Source: the human T2T-CHM13v2.0 reference genome, Homo sapiens
NCBI RefSeq assembly: GCF_009914755.1
Contig: NC_060928.1
Length of the DNA: 64,000 nt
Direction: 5' to 3' (one strand)
Shown here: positions 1 to 17,064 of the stretch, piece by piece
How the letters are laid out: each line of letters starts with the position of its first letter
Position numbering within the stretch: the stretch's first letter is position 1
Translations under genes and position numbers: made by a program
Notes under the pieces: generated by a model
Seen by the model: the letters and a program-made list of their open reading frames with translations, nothing else
The model's database searches: none
Told to the model about the DNA's origin: nothing

Positions 1-135
1 GTCTCATGCAAGATAAATACAGAGAAAGCCACTCCTAGACAAATGACAGTCAAATTGATTAAACATAAACAGAAAGAGAACATCTTAAAAGCAGCCAAAA
101 AAATAAAAACATATATACCAGGAACAATGATATGA

Positions 136-496
<361 letters not shown>

Positions 497-778
497 TCTT
501 TTTTTTTTTTTTTTTTTTTTTGAGATGGAGTCCCACTCTGTCACCCAGGCTGGAGTGCAATGGCGCAATCGCTGGTTCAAGCGATTCTCTTGCTAAGCCT
601 CCTGAGTAGCTGAGATTACAGTCCTGCACCACCACACACCGTTAATTTTTTGTATTTTTAGTAGAGATGGGGTTTCACCATGTTGGTCAGGCTGTCTGGA
701 GCTGCTGACTTCAAATGACTGACCCGCCTCGGCTTCCCAAAGTGCTGAGATTATAGGCGTGAGCCACCATGCCCGGCC
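497..778 (-). mobile_element. AluS with a short internal deletion
   Basis: Alu sequence with T tail 498-521; the segment between ggcgcaatc and ggttcaagcg is shortened. Confidence 0.85.
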
Positions 779-1073
779 GAATGATGGCTAATTTCTTATT
801 AGAATCTATGCAAGACAGAAAACATATCAGAAGACAATGGAATAGTATTTAAAGGAAATAAAACTGTTGCCATAAAATTCTATATCCACCTAAGAAAAAT
901 TCTTCAAAAATTGAGGTAAAATAAAAACATTTTCAAATGAAAGGCTGAGAGAATTTACCACCAACAGACCTACACTGCAACAAATGTTAAGAAAAATGTT
1001 TAAAGATAAATAATACCAGATAGAAACTTGGACATGCAGAAAGGAAAAAAAAAAAGAGAAAAATGATTAATGA

Positions 1074-1817
1074 ACTTCCAGTTTCCTGTCAATTATGTGA
1101 AGAACTTAGAAGTCACCATTCCGTCCTAACAGGTAAAAAGTTGGACAAACTGATAATTAAGCAACCTTTCTTAGATTCATCAGAGAAATGAGGTCACAAG
1201 GCAAACCAATGCCCTCAAAATTGAAGAGACAGGCAAATACAGAGAACCACAGCTTACTAAAGCAAAAACTCACGAGCAGAAACCACCTTGGGAACAAGTA
1301 CTGAAGTAGAAAAACCTAAACTGTAATTGATTAATTGCTGGAAACTCACTGCAAAAAAACTCTGAGAGTTAAAAATTCTGGGGGAACCCAGTCACAGGAA
1401 GGCTCCCACACTTTTATGAGTTTGACCTCCAGGAGATCTACCTGAGTAGGGAGGGGATCTACTCCTCCTGAGTAGATCTCCTGGAGGTCAAACTCATACA
1501 AGTGAATATTGAATATTTGGGAAAAATAATGAATATTGGGAGAAAAAATCCCCCATGCTCTGGCAGCAGGAAGGGGAAAAGGAATTATTTTGTAATATGT
1601 CAGAACATTCTATTTTTCATAACAAGTCTTGCCCTCAGGAGAAATTATTTTACCAGATACTAACTTGCTGGGGTTTATCACTACCGTAAGACCAAAACCA
1701 GACAAAGACATTACAAGAAAAGAAAACCCTGCAGACCAATATTGCTCATGAACATAAATGCAAAAATCCTCAACAAAATATTAGCCAGTCAAATCCAATC
1801 ACGTATAAAAAGAAGTA
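1074..1817 (+). mobile_element. Old L1MC-type element: 5' end (~1074-1680) joined to mid-ORF2 (~1681-1817)
   Basis: From 1690 the sequence resembles ORF2 PKPDKD...ILNKILA. The 5' portion resembles recalled L1MC 5' ends. The element resumes at 7927. Confidence 0.55.
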
Positions 1818-1985
1818 GAGCCAAGACGACCAAATAGGAACAGCTCCAGTCTACAGCTCCCAGCGTGAGTGACGCAGAAGACAGGTGATTTCTGCATTTC
1901 CAACTAAGGTACCAGGTTCAGCTCACTGGGGAGTGTCTGACAGTGGGTGCAGTGCACTGAGCGTGAGCCAAAGCGGGGCGAGGCA

Positions 1986-2249
1986 TCACCTCACCCGGGA
2001 AGCACAAGGGGTCAGAGAATTCCCTTTCCTAATCAAAGAAAGGGGTGACAGATGGCACCTGAAAAATCGGGTCACTCCCACCCTAATACTGCACTTTTCC
2101 AACAGTCTTAGCAAATGGCACACCAGGAGATTATATCCCATGCCTGGCTCAGAGGGTCCTATGCCCACGGAGCCTCGCTCATTGCTAGCACAGCAGTCTG
2201 AGATCAAATTGCAAGGCAGCAGTGAGGCTGGGGGAGGGGTGCCCACCAT
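1986..2249 (-). CDS. L1 ORF0-like antisense ORF, open, 87 aa
   Basis: MVGTPPPASLLPCNLISDCCASNERGSVGIGPSEPG... matches the recalled primate ORF0 N-terminus (MAGAPPPASLPPCSLISDCCASNQRDSVGVGPSEPG). ATG context gcaATGg. Translation is unproven. Confidence 0.6.
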   Translation of the reverse strand: MVGTPPPASLLPCNLISDCCASNERGSVGIGPSEPGMGYNLLVCHLLRLLEKCSIRVGVTRFFRCHLSPLSLIRKGNSLTPCASRVR

Positions 2250-2826
2250 TGCTGAGGCTTGAGTAGGTAAACAAAGTGGCCTGGAAGCTCGAACTGGGTG
2301 GAGCCCACTGCAGCTCAAGGAGGCCTGCCTGCCTCCATAGACTTCACCTCTGGGGGCAGGGCATAGCCAAACAAAAGGCAGCAGAAACCTCTGCAGACTT
2401 AAATGTCCCTGTCTGACAGCTTTGAAGAGAGTAGTGGTTCTCCCAGCATGCAGCTGGAGATCTGAGAACGGACAGACTGCCTCCTCAAGTGGGTCCCTGA
2501 CCCCCGACTAGCCTAACTGGGAGGCAGCCCCCAGTAGGGGCAGACTGACACCTCACACAGCCAGGTACTCCTCTGAGACAAAACTTCCAGAGGAATGATC
2601 AGGCAGCAACATTTGCTGTTCACCAGTATCTGCTGTTCTGCAGCCTCCGCTACTGATACCCAGGCAAAACAGGGTCTGGAGTGGACCTCCAGCAGACTCC
2701 AACAAACCTGCAGCTGAGGGTCCTGACTGTTAAAAGGAAAACTAACAAACAGAAAGGACATCCATACCAAAACCTCATCTGTACGTCACCATCATCAAAG
2801 ACCAAAGGTAGATAAAAACCACAAAG

Positions 2827-3824
2827 ATGGGGAAAAAACAGAGCAGAAAACTGGAAACTCTAAAAATCAGAATGCCTCTCCTCCTCCAAAGGAACACAGC
2901 TCCTCACCAGCAATGGAACAAAGCTGGATGGAGAATGACTTTGATGAGTTGAGAGAAGAAGGCTTCAGATGATCAAACTACTCCAAGCTACAGGAGGAAG
3001 TTCGAACCCATGGCAAAGAAGTTAAAAATTAGATGAATGGCTAACTAGAATAACCAATGCAGAGAAGTCCTTAAAGGACCTGATGGAGCTGAAAACCAAG
3101 GCACGAGAACTATGTGCCTCATAAGCCTCACTAGCCAATGCAATCAACTGGAAGAAAGGGTATCAGTGATGGAAGATCAAATGAATGAAATGAAGAGAGA
3201 AGAGAAGTTTAGAGAAAAAACAATAAAAAGAAATGAGCAAGGCCTCCAAGAAATATGGGACTAGGTGAAAAGACCAAATCTACGTCGATTGGTGTACCTG
3301 AAAATGACGGGAAGAATGGAACCAAGTTGGAAAACACTCTGCAGGATATTCTCCAGGAGAACTTCCCCAGTCTAGCAAGGCAGGCCAACATTCAAATTCA
3401 GGAAGTACAGAGAATGCCACAAAGATATTCCTCGAGAAGAGCAACTCCAAGATACATAATTTTCAGATTCACCAAAGTTGAAATGAAGGAAAAAATGTTA
3501 AGGGCAGCCAGAGAGAAAGGTCGGGTTACCCACAAAGGGAAGCCTATCAGACTAACAGTTGATCTCTCAGCAGAAACTCTACAAGCCAGAAGAGAGTGGG
3601 GGCCAATATTCAACATTCTTAAAGAAAAGAATTTTCAAACCAGAATCTCATATCCAGCCAAACTAAGCTTCATAAGTGAAGGAGAAATAAAATACTTTAC
3701 AGACAAGTGAATGCTGAGAGATTTTGTCACCACCTGGCCTGCCCTAAAAGAGCTCCTGAAGGAAGCACCAAACATGGAAAGGAAAAACCAGTACCAGCCA
3801 CTGCAAAAACATTCCAAATTGTAA
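2827..3824 (+). pseudogene. L1 ORF1p, disrupted
   Basis: ATG GGG AAA AAA CAG at 2827; fragment ...LARQANIQIQE...REKGRVTHKGKPIRLT...YPAKLS; internal stops and indels. Confidence 0.9.
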
Positions 3825-3887
3825 AGACCGTCGAGGCTAGGAAGAAACTGCATCAACTAATGAGCAAAATAACCAGCTAACATCATA

Positions 3888-7711
<3,824 letters not shown>

Positions 7712-7926
7712 AAATGAGAACACATGGACACAGGAAGGGGAACAGCACACACCGAGGCCTGTTTTGGAGTGGGGGGAGAGGGGAGGGATAGCATTAGGAG
7801 ACATACCTAATGTTAAATGATGAGTTAATGGGTGCAGCATACCAACATGGCACATGTATACATAGGTAACAAACATGCACGTTGTGCACATGTACCCTAA
7901 AACAAAGTATAAACAAAAAAGAAGTA

Positions 7927-9780
7927 AACACCATGATCAAGTGGGATTTGTCCCAGGAATGCAAGGTTGGCTCAACATTTGAAAATTAATTAATGTAATC
8001 CATCACATCAACCAGCCAAAGAAGAAAAGTCACATGATCATATAAATAGATACAGAAAAAAGCATTTGTAAAATCCAATTCCCATTCATGATAAAGCATT
8101 CTCAGCAAACCAATAATGGAGCAAAACTTTCTTTTCTTAACTTGATAAAGAACATCTAAAAAATCCTATAGCTAACACTATACTTAATGATAAGAAACTT
8201 GTAGCTTTCCTGCTAAGATCAGGAACAAGCCAAGTATGTCCTCTCCCCCTATCTCTGCTTTTCAACATTGTACTGGAAGTCCTAGCTAATGCAATAAAAC
8301 AAGAAAAGAAAGTAAAAGGTATATAGCTTCGGAAGGAAGAAATAAAATTGTCTTTATTCACAAATGACATGATTGTGTATATAGAAAATCCAGAAGAACC
8401 AGCAAATTCTTAGAATTAGTTGGCAATTAGAAGAAGTTGTAGGATACAAAGCTAATATACAAAAATTTGTTATATATCAGCAATAAACATGTGGAATTTG
8501 AAATTAAGAACACATCACCATTTACATTATCATTAAAAAATAATATACTTAGGTATAAATATTATAAAATGTGTTCAACATTTATATGAGGAAAATTCTG
8601 ATGAAATATATCAAAAAACTAAATAAATGGAGAGATATTCCATGCAAATGAATAGGAATACTAAATATTACCAAGATGTCAGTTCTTTCCAACTTGATCT
8701 GTAGATTGAATATAGTCACAATCAAAATCCCAGCAAGTTATTTTGTAGATATTGACAAACTGATTGTAAAGTGTATGTGGAGGAGCAAAAGACTCAGAAA
8801 AACCAACTCAATATTGCAGGAGAAAACTATGTTGGAGGACTGACACTACCTGACATCAAGATTTACTATAAAGCTGCAATAATCAAGGCAGTGTGGTATC
8901 AGTGAAAGAATAAACAAGTAGAACAATGGAACAGAATAGAAAGCTCATAAAAAGACCTACATAAATATAGTCAACTGATCTTTGACAAAGGAGCAAAGGC
9001 AAATGGAGTAAAGATAACCTTTTTCATAAAAAAATTCAAAATGGATCACAGACTTAAATATAAAATGCAAAACTCTAAAACTCCTAGAACATAACACAAG
9101 AGAAAATCTATATGACCTTGGGTACAGTGATGACTTTTTAAATTCAACACCAAAGACATTACCTATGAAAGAAATAATTGATAAGTTGGACTTCTATAAA
9201 ATGTAAAGCTTTTGTTCTACAAAAGATACTGTTAAGAAAATGAACAGACAAGCCATAGAATGGAAGAAAGTCTTTGCAAAAGACACATGTGATAAAGGAT
9301 TGTTATCCAAAACACACGAAGAACTCTTAAAATTTAACAAAAAGAAAAAGAAACCTATTTTAAAATGGGCAAAAGGCCTGAACAAACACCTCACCAAAGA
9401 AGATATACAGATGGCAAGAAGGCAAATAAAAAGATGTTCAGCATCATATGTCACTAGGGAATTGCAAATTTAAACACCAATGAGATATTATTACATACCT
9501 ATGAGAATGACCAAAACCTACTAACAACACCAAATACTAGTGAGAATATAGAGCAACAGGAACACTCATTCATGCTAGTGGGAATGTAAAATGGTACAGC
9601 CACTTTGGAAGACAGTTTGGCACTTTCTTACAAAGGTAAGTATACTCTAACCATATGATCCAGCAATTGCATTTCTTTGTATTTACTCAAATGTATTGAA
9701 ATTTTATATCCACACAAAAGTCTGTAAATAGATATTTATAGAATTTTTTTTGTATAATGCCAAAACTTGGAAGCAACCAT
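7927..9780 (+). mobile_element. Old L1MC/MD-type ORF2 3' part (host of the full-length L1PA)
   Basis: Resumes at aacaccatgatcaagtgggattt (HHDQVGF), the direct continuation of 1790-1817; heavily degenerate ORF2. Confidence 0.85.
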
Positions 9781-9884
9781 GGAGCAAAGAGCAGCCATTG
9801 CTACTGTGCCCTTTCTGAATTCCTGGTCTATTCCTGATACACCATTAACCTTGGAATAATTTTTTATGAAGAAATAGATAACCA

Positions 9885-11045
9885 GAACACTAACCATATC
9901 AATAATTATACTAAATGTAAATAAACTAAACCCTTCAAATAAAGGCAGACACTATCAGATGGATTTAAATTAGGCCCAACTATATACTGTTTACAAGAGA
10001 AACTCTTTGAATAAAATAATATTGATAGGTTAATGAAAAAGAAAAATGTATAAACATTAATCATAGAGATAGTGTGACTATATTAATATGAGGCAAAGTA
10101 CACTTCAAGATAAGGAGTATTATTAGATGTAAAGAAAGATACTTCATAACAATAAAATGGTCTCTCCATCAAGAAGACAAGAGAATTCTTAAATGCCTAT
10201 GTGTCTAGTAACAGTTCTATAATTATATAGCAAAAATTGATAAAATTAAAGGAAGAAATAAAATCACAATTACAGGTGGAAATTTTAAGTTATTCCTCAA
10301 TACTTGATAGACCAAGTCAATAAAAGTAAAGAGATAGGATATTTGACTAACATTATCAACCAATAAGAAAACGGAGAAACAAACTGTGACATATTTGTAA
10401 GATGGAATACTACTCAGTAATAAAAACAAATAAATTATTGACATATACAGTACAGATGAATCTTAAAAACATTACGCTGAGTGTTTTAAAGCCTCATATA
10501 CAAACAGTATGTGCTATATGATTTCATTTATACACAATTCAAGAACTGGGAAAACTAATATAAAGTAGAAAAAAATCAGAACTGTGGTTGCCTTTGGTGA
10601 GGGAGGGAGCTGGCAGTGATTGATTGTGAAGGGCATAAAATAACTTGCTGGTCTTGATGGCACTCTTATATTCTAAAAGTGGGTTGGGTTATATAGCTGC
10701 ATGAGTTGTCAAAATCAGCAAATATACACTTAAGATTTATGCATTTTCTTGTTATTAAATTTTACATTAAAAGAAGAAGCTACAATAAATACAAATCTCT
10801 ACTTAATGTTATGCATGCTGAAATATGTAAAGGAAAGCATACTGATGTCTGCAATTTACTTTGCAATACAATAAAGAAAAGATGAATTAATAGAGGGATA
10901 AATAGATGGATAGATTAATGATAAAGCAAATATAGTTCAATATTAGTAGACTTGAGGGGGAGGATATACAGGTGTTTACAATTCTTTCACCTATGCTGTA
11001 GCTTTAGCTTTTTCATAGTAAAATGGTAAAAATTAAAAAAATAAA
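9885..11045 (+). mobile_element. Ancient L1M fragments (endonuclease region ~9885-10345; L1ME-like 3' end ~10370-11045)
   Basis: tcaataattatactaaatgtaaat resembles ORF2 SIITLNVN; gatgaatcttaaaaacattacgctgagtg is typical of L1ME/MC 3' ends. Confidence 0.6.
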
Positions 11046-11514
11046 GCTGAAAAGTTATTTAGGAAAGAAGTAGAGGACAGACAGGGGGTGAGTAGCTAGG
11101 CAGTTCCTCCTTTTTCTTTGCTGTGACTCTTGCTTTATAGATAGAAGAAAATGCTTCTATAAAAACTGAGTAAACAAAGAACCCAGTAGAGTGGAATTTT
11201 ACAGGATATCTATATTAAGTGGTTTTCAAATCCTTCCAGAATATGTCGGAAATGCCCAGGTTCCTGAAGTTGTAGGAGATTTCCTTGCCTGAATTTGCCA
11301 TGGTGTGTTCATGGACTGTGGTCTGTTTGGGATTAACTAGAATTCCCAAATGCAACAAGCATTTGCTTCCAAAAACACTCAGATCAAGAGACCTATTGAG
11401 AGTATAAGGTCTATAAATGGACATCTCAAAGGATCTTGTTGTTCTAATATAATCCAAAGAATGTTTCCTATATAGCCCTAAAAAGGATACAAGATAGGGG
11501 GCGGGGAGAGTCTC

Positions 11515-11640
11515 CTGTAATATAAACTCCATGAAGGCAGAAACATATCCACCTTGCTCACCATTTTATCCCCATACTTAATACAGTATCTAACACAAAG
11601 AAAAGTCCTGTTAAATATTTGCTGAAAAAATAAATGAATA
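11515..11640 (+). mobile_element. L2 3' end fragment
   Basis: tataaactccatgaaggcag...taaatatttgctgaa...aatgaat is the L2 terminal signature. Confidence 0.6.
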
Positions 11641-12790
11641 ATGATCCCTCCTATTGGAAATCGTGTGGGAACTTTTAAAATAAGTGATCACATTTCAACT
11701 GTCCTCTCTACTCTGAACCAGTAGAGACAACTTCCCAGCCAGTAGGGTCTTGATCAAATATAGAATTTTATATTTTTGTCTAAATGGTTAGTATGTCTTC
11801 CCAATGAGAGAACAACCAAAACAACAGTTCTTACTGCTATTACCATTTATTGAACAAGTACTCTAAAACTAGTAACTGTGTTAAGCAGCTTACCTTGTTG
11901 CCAGTTCTTACAGTAATCCTGAAAGGTACAAATGAGATGAGAAAAGCAGTGCTTACCCAAGATATTAATTCACCAAAGGATATACTGCTAGTAAGACTCA
12001 AAGCATTCAAATATAAGCTGCCTAACTCAAAATCTTATTTGCTACAAACATCTAGCACAGCATATGGTATGCGTGTTCTATACAATGTAATACATAAATA
12101 AATGTAGAAAGGCTACTATATCTAGATTGCTTGTCCCATGTGCATATGTGGACAGTTTACTCTTGGCAAACACCTACTGTAGACCATGGTGCGTGTGTGT
12201 TTAGTAACTGCCTAAACAATTAGAAGGAGGAAGGAAGCACATCCTCCCTGGCCTTTAGCCCCTCTCTTCCTCACTCCCTGGTCAACACAAGCCCATCTAA
12301 ACCAGAAAGCTCTTTCTGCCTCTAGTAGAATTAGTGGCTCCAGAGTTATTATTCTCCACCCAGCACAGTTGTGTATTTTTTGGATGCTTGTTCTCAGGAG
12401 AGGACTCCTCCTGGGGTTTGTTGTTTCTCCATGCCCTTAATGGACACTGTGGAACACAGTTCCCCTTCTCACAGAAACTCTATCTAAGCACTGAATGTGT
12501 ATGAATGCTCCTGTCCTGATCATGACCATGCCTAAACAAGAGCACAAGAATAGCACCCATGTGGGGACAAGAGACCATAGACCTGGGGAAGAAGCTCATC
12601 CTGCACAGAATTGAGAAGTAGTTGAAATATGTCTTCAGAGCAATCTACCACTCTTTCATTAGTGTCCCTCTTCTCCATGTTGAAAACCTTCCTATCCAGC
12701 TAGAGTCTATTAATACATGGGCCTGACTTAGAACAAGCATTACGAGGCCACTGTCAAAATGCCAAGCTGTTACAAGTAGAAACTCTTGGT

Positions 12791-13137
12791 TTTTTTCTTT
12801 TATTTTCTTTATTTTATTTATTTATTTATTTAATTTATTTATTTATTTGAGGCAGAGTCTCAGTCCATCACCCAGGCTGGAGTGCAGTGGTATGATCATG
12901 GTTACTTGCAGCCTTGACCTCTCAGGCTCAAGCGATCCTCCCACCTCAGCCTCTTGAGGAGCTAGGACTACAGGCATGCACAATCAAGCCTGGTTTTTTT
13001 TGTTGTTGTTTTCTTTTCTGTAAAAACAGGTCTTGCTAGGTTGTCAGAGCTGGTCTGAAACTCCTGGGCTCAAGTGATTCTCCAGCCTCAGCCTCCCAAA
13101 GTGCTGGTATTGTAGGCATGAGCCATTGCATCCAGTC
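12791..13137 (-). mobile_element. AluJ with (TTTA)n tail
   Basis: AluJ features (ggctcaagcgatcctcccacctcagcc); degenerate TSD tacaagtaga on both sides. Confidence 0.85.
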
Positions 13138-13391
13138 TACAAGTAGACTCTCATGTCATACAGGTTCAGTATTATAAACCAGGATTCCATTGCTGAAAAC
13201 ACACTTCATTTCAATAGATGTGAACATCAACCAAAACAGAAAAAGAAAATTCCTCTCTATATATTTTCTTTTTAATATGAAATATATCATAATCTAGAAT
13301 AGTGTATGACATACATACAGCTAAAATAATAATTACAATATTAATATGTATATTAATAACCAAATCCCAAAATCGTCTTGAGGACAATTAC

Positions 13392-13775
13392 TGTATTAGT
13401 CCATTCTCACCTTGCTGTAAAGAATTACCTGAGACTGGCTAATTTATGAAGAAAAAAGGTTTAATTGACTTAAAATTTCTGCAGGCTACACAGGAAGCAT
13501 GGCTGGGAGGCCTCAGGAAACTTACATTCATGGCAAACGCAAGGGGGAAGCAAGTACCTTCTTCACATGGCAGCAGACAAGAGAGAGTGGGGAAGGGTAA
13601 GTGCCACACACTTTTAAACCATTGGATCTCGTGAGAATTCACTCACTATCACGAGAATAACATGGGGGACATCCATCCCCATGATTCAATCACCTCCTCC
13701 CAGATCCCTCCCCCAACATTGGGAATTACAATTCGTCATGAGATTTGGGTGGGGACACAGAGCCAAACCATATCA
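13392..13775 (-). mobile_element. MaLR solo LTR (MSTA/MSTB type)
   Basis: tgtattagtcc...ccaaaccatatca termini; perfect 5-bp TSD attac (13387-13391, 13776-13780). Confidence 0.85.
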
Positions 13776-14543
13776 ATTACCTAATTCAAGAAATAGATCA
13801 TAAGCAATGTCCCAGAAGCCTCTCCACATGACCCTCCCCAACCACATCCCCCTACTTTCTCATCAGAGATATTCATTATCCAATCTCTAGTGATTAAAAA
13901 ATAATCCTAGTTGTTCTTTACATTTTCAATATATATGTATATGTCCTAAATCAATATAATTTGGTTTTGTCTATTTTTGAACTTGATATAAATAGTCAAA
14001 GTCTTTTGACTATACGAATTCTAACCATAGGTATTCTTTTGTCACTTACACCTATGTCTCAACATTACATCTGTAGAATGCATCTCTGTTGTTGCGCAAG
14101 TAATGCTTTACAACATTAATTTTGAAATATTTCATAACTGCTCACCCATGTGAACTTTTCTTTATAAGGAAGAATAGATGGACTGAAGACCTCATCTTCC
14201 TTCTGGATAAATAGCCAAATGATAAGCATCACTATTCTTCATTTCAACAGGTTATCTTGATGTGACTTGTAGGAATGTCTTTAGAAAGAAAATGTTGAGA
14301 ATAGTAATTACATTCTCTCTATCTTCTCCTTTTCCTCCTTCTTCTTCTTAGACACCTTCTTTTTCCCTTTCTCCGTAAAGATCTCTTGAAAGCAGTAGCC
14401 TTCATCTTTATTTTTTACAGAGACTCACAAAAAAATATTGAATGCATGAGTACATGAATAAATTTAAGATGCCTTTTCCAGAAAAGTGTTTGACATTATT
14501 CTTATGTTACATTCAGTTTTCCTGCATGTTCTGATAGGATGCC

Positions 14544-15024
14544 TGTTGGAGACTGAATATTTGTGTCCCTTCAAAATGTATATATTAAAAGGCTAGGCAT
14601 GGTGGCTTATGCCTGTAATCCAAGCTCTTTGGGAGGCCAAGGTGGGCAGATCACTTGAGGTCAGGAGTTTGAGACCAGCCTAGTCAATATGGTGAAACAC
14701 TGTCTCTACTAAAAATACAAAAATTAGCTGGGCATAGTGGCACATGCCTGTAGCACTAGCTACTTGGGAGGCTGAGGCAGGAGAATCACTTGAACCCAGG
14801 AGGCAGAAGTTGCAGCGAGCCAAGAATGTGCCACTGCCCTCCAGCCTGAGTGACAGAGTGAGACTCTATCTCATAAAAAAAAAAATTATACATTAAAGCC
14901 TTAACCTCCAGTGTGGCTGTATTTGAAGTAAGGAAGTAATTGAGGTTAAAGGAGGTCATAAGAGTGGGATTCTGATTCAATAGGACTAGTGTCCTTATAA
15001 GAAGAGACATCAGAAAACTACCTC

Positions 15025-15055
<31 letters not shown>

Positions 15056-15256
15056 CTGTCTCTCTCTCTCCATCTTTGCTCATGAATGCAATGAGGAAAT
15101 TCTGTGTGAAGATACAACAAGAAGACAGCCATCTACAAGCCAAGAAGAGAGTCCTCACCAGCAATTGAACTGTCCAGAACCTTAATCTTGGATGTCTATC
15201 CTCCAGAGCAGTGAAAATAATAAATTTCTGCTATGGTGGCCCAAGCAGACTATACA
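14544..15256 (+). mobile_element. MLT1A/B-type LTR interrupted by an Alu, with a (CT)n tract at 15021-15070
   Basis: gactgaatatttgtgtccc start; agccatctacaagccaagaagagagtcctcacca; cagactataca end. Confidence 0.7.
14591..14885 (+). mobile_element. AluS
   Basis: Full dimeric Alu with A tail. Confidence 0.9.
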
Positions 15257-16415
15257 ATGCCTAAGCCTGCCTTCCTGAACTTATCAAACCACATAGTCAA
15301 TTCCTTAACACATTTTGCTCAGGATGATAACTTCTTCCTTTGATGCTTTACCACTGGTAAAAGAGAAATAATACCTTTACTTAAATCTTCTCTTAGTACG
15401 AGGCATTTGAATTCACTGTTGTGATTATGCATAGAAACAGTCAAAGTTGTACATCTCACAGACAAGGCCATGCATTCTCATCTCTGTTGACTGCATTAAT
15501 TTAATGCCAACAGAGTTGATCAATAGTTATTTCGTTTCCAATCTCAGGCAGACACCAAGAGGTTTGGGGATTGACTGGATACACCTCACCTGAAACCTGC
15601 CACAGGTATTTTTAGTTTCAGTCTTTTCCATAGTGAAAAGTATGTAATCTTAAAACAATCCTTTCTATTTAACATTCAAGTTTCCCTCAAAGATGGAAAC
15701 ATTTTTCTGCAGTAAGACACAATTGTAGGTCAATATAATATGCCACGCAGATATAGATAGCCTCCTCCACCTCTCAAACACATGGAAATGATGAGTTACA
15801 AAATATGGGATCCACAGGAGATATTTAAAAGAAAGCAAGAAAATCTTTAGGTGCCAGTACCCTGACAAGTAACTAAAGCTTAATAGATCATAGGTATTTT
15901 TGACCTGAAGTCTTTAGAGCCTGGAATGTGAATGTCTAACAAGGATAGGAGATAAAGTACTCACATGTCAGGTAGGAAGACCTGGGCTCCCTCATGAAGT
16001 CAGGAGACAGGAAAGGTTATCTTGGTGCTTGGGAACACCAGTAGAGTAAGCTGGTCATCTGGTTATGAGTGAAAAGGAATGAAAAGAAAGAAATCACTTG
16101 CGAGAAATTAGAACCTAAATCTGGTATGAGTACTACAGGAATTTCAAGCTAAGAAGCTGATAAAAAATGGTCCCGGTCTAGAATATCTATAAAAAGCTGT
16201 CAGAGGCACATGTGAAACCATCATATAAGACTCTTCTACATCAATCTTAGACTTGAACGAAAACCACAAGACAAACAAACCACTGGTGAAGATAGGTTCA
16301 CAGAAAATAAAATTACTTATACAAGAATGACTCTGCAAATGGAGCAAATGGGAGAAATCACACCTAAAAAACAGAAAAAATAACGGAATAATCTGAAGAA
16401 TAATCTGAATAAGAC

Positions 16416-16764
16416 TGCCAGAGTCTGACGTGATCCCGCAAAATTCATATGTTGAAATCCTAACCCCTAAGGTGATGATATTAGGAGGTGGAGCCTTTGG
16501 AAGGTAATTAGGTCATGGAGTGGAGACCTCATGAATAGTTTTAGTGCCCTTATAAAAGAGGGCCAAGAGAGGCCCCTTGTCTCTTCCACCATTTGAGGAT
16601 ACAATAAGAAAGTGCCATCTCTGAATCAAGAAGAGAGCCCTCACCAGGCACTGAATCTGCTCGTCTCAGTCTTGAACTTCCCAGCCTCTGTAACTATAAG
16701 AAATAAAGTTTTGTTATGTGTAAGTCACACAGTCTATAGTAGTTATAGCAGCCCAAACAAAGAC
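16416..16764 (+). mobile_element. MLT1A-type solo LTR
   Basis: aaaattcatatgttgaaatcctaacccc...ccttataaaagag...agaaataaa...atagcagccc. Confidence 0.75.
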
Positions 16765-17064
16765 AGAGACCCCTTCCAAAATAAATACATAAATCTATTG
16801 ATATCTACTTATCTATATTATACAACAAGATAAGCATAAGGAGACTGCTAAGGAAAAATAACAGGGATTTGAATAGGAATGAGATAGAAATTCTAGAAAC
16901 ATAGTCAAAAGCTTAATGAATTGGGTTAGTCAGCAATCAACTGAAGACAGAATTCATCAAAGTGGAATGTAATAGTATTAGAATGACTACTAGTAAGAAT
17001 ATTAATGACTAACTTTTTTGGAAGATTCAGTCATTATTCTAAGTGATTTCTGTACAACAATTCA

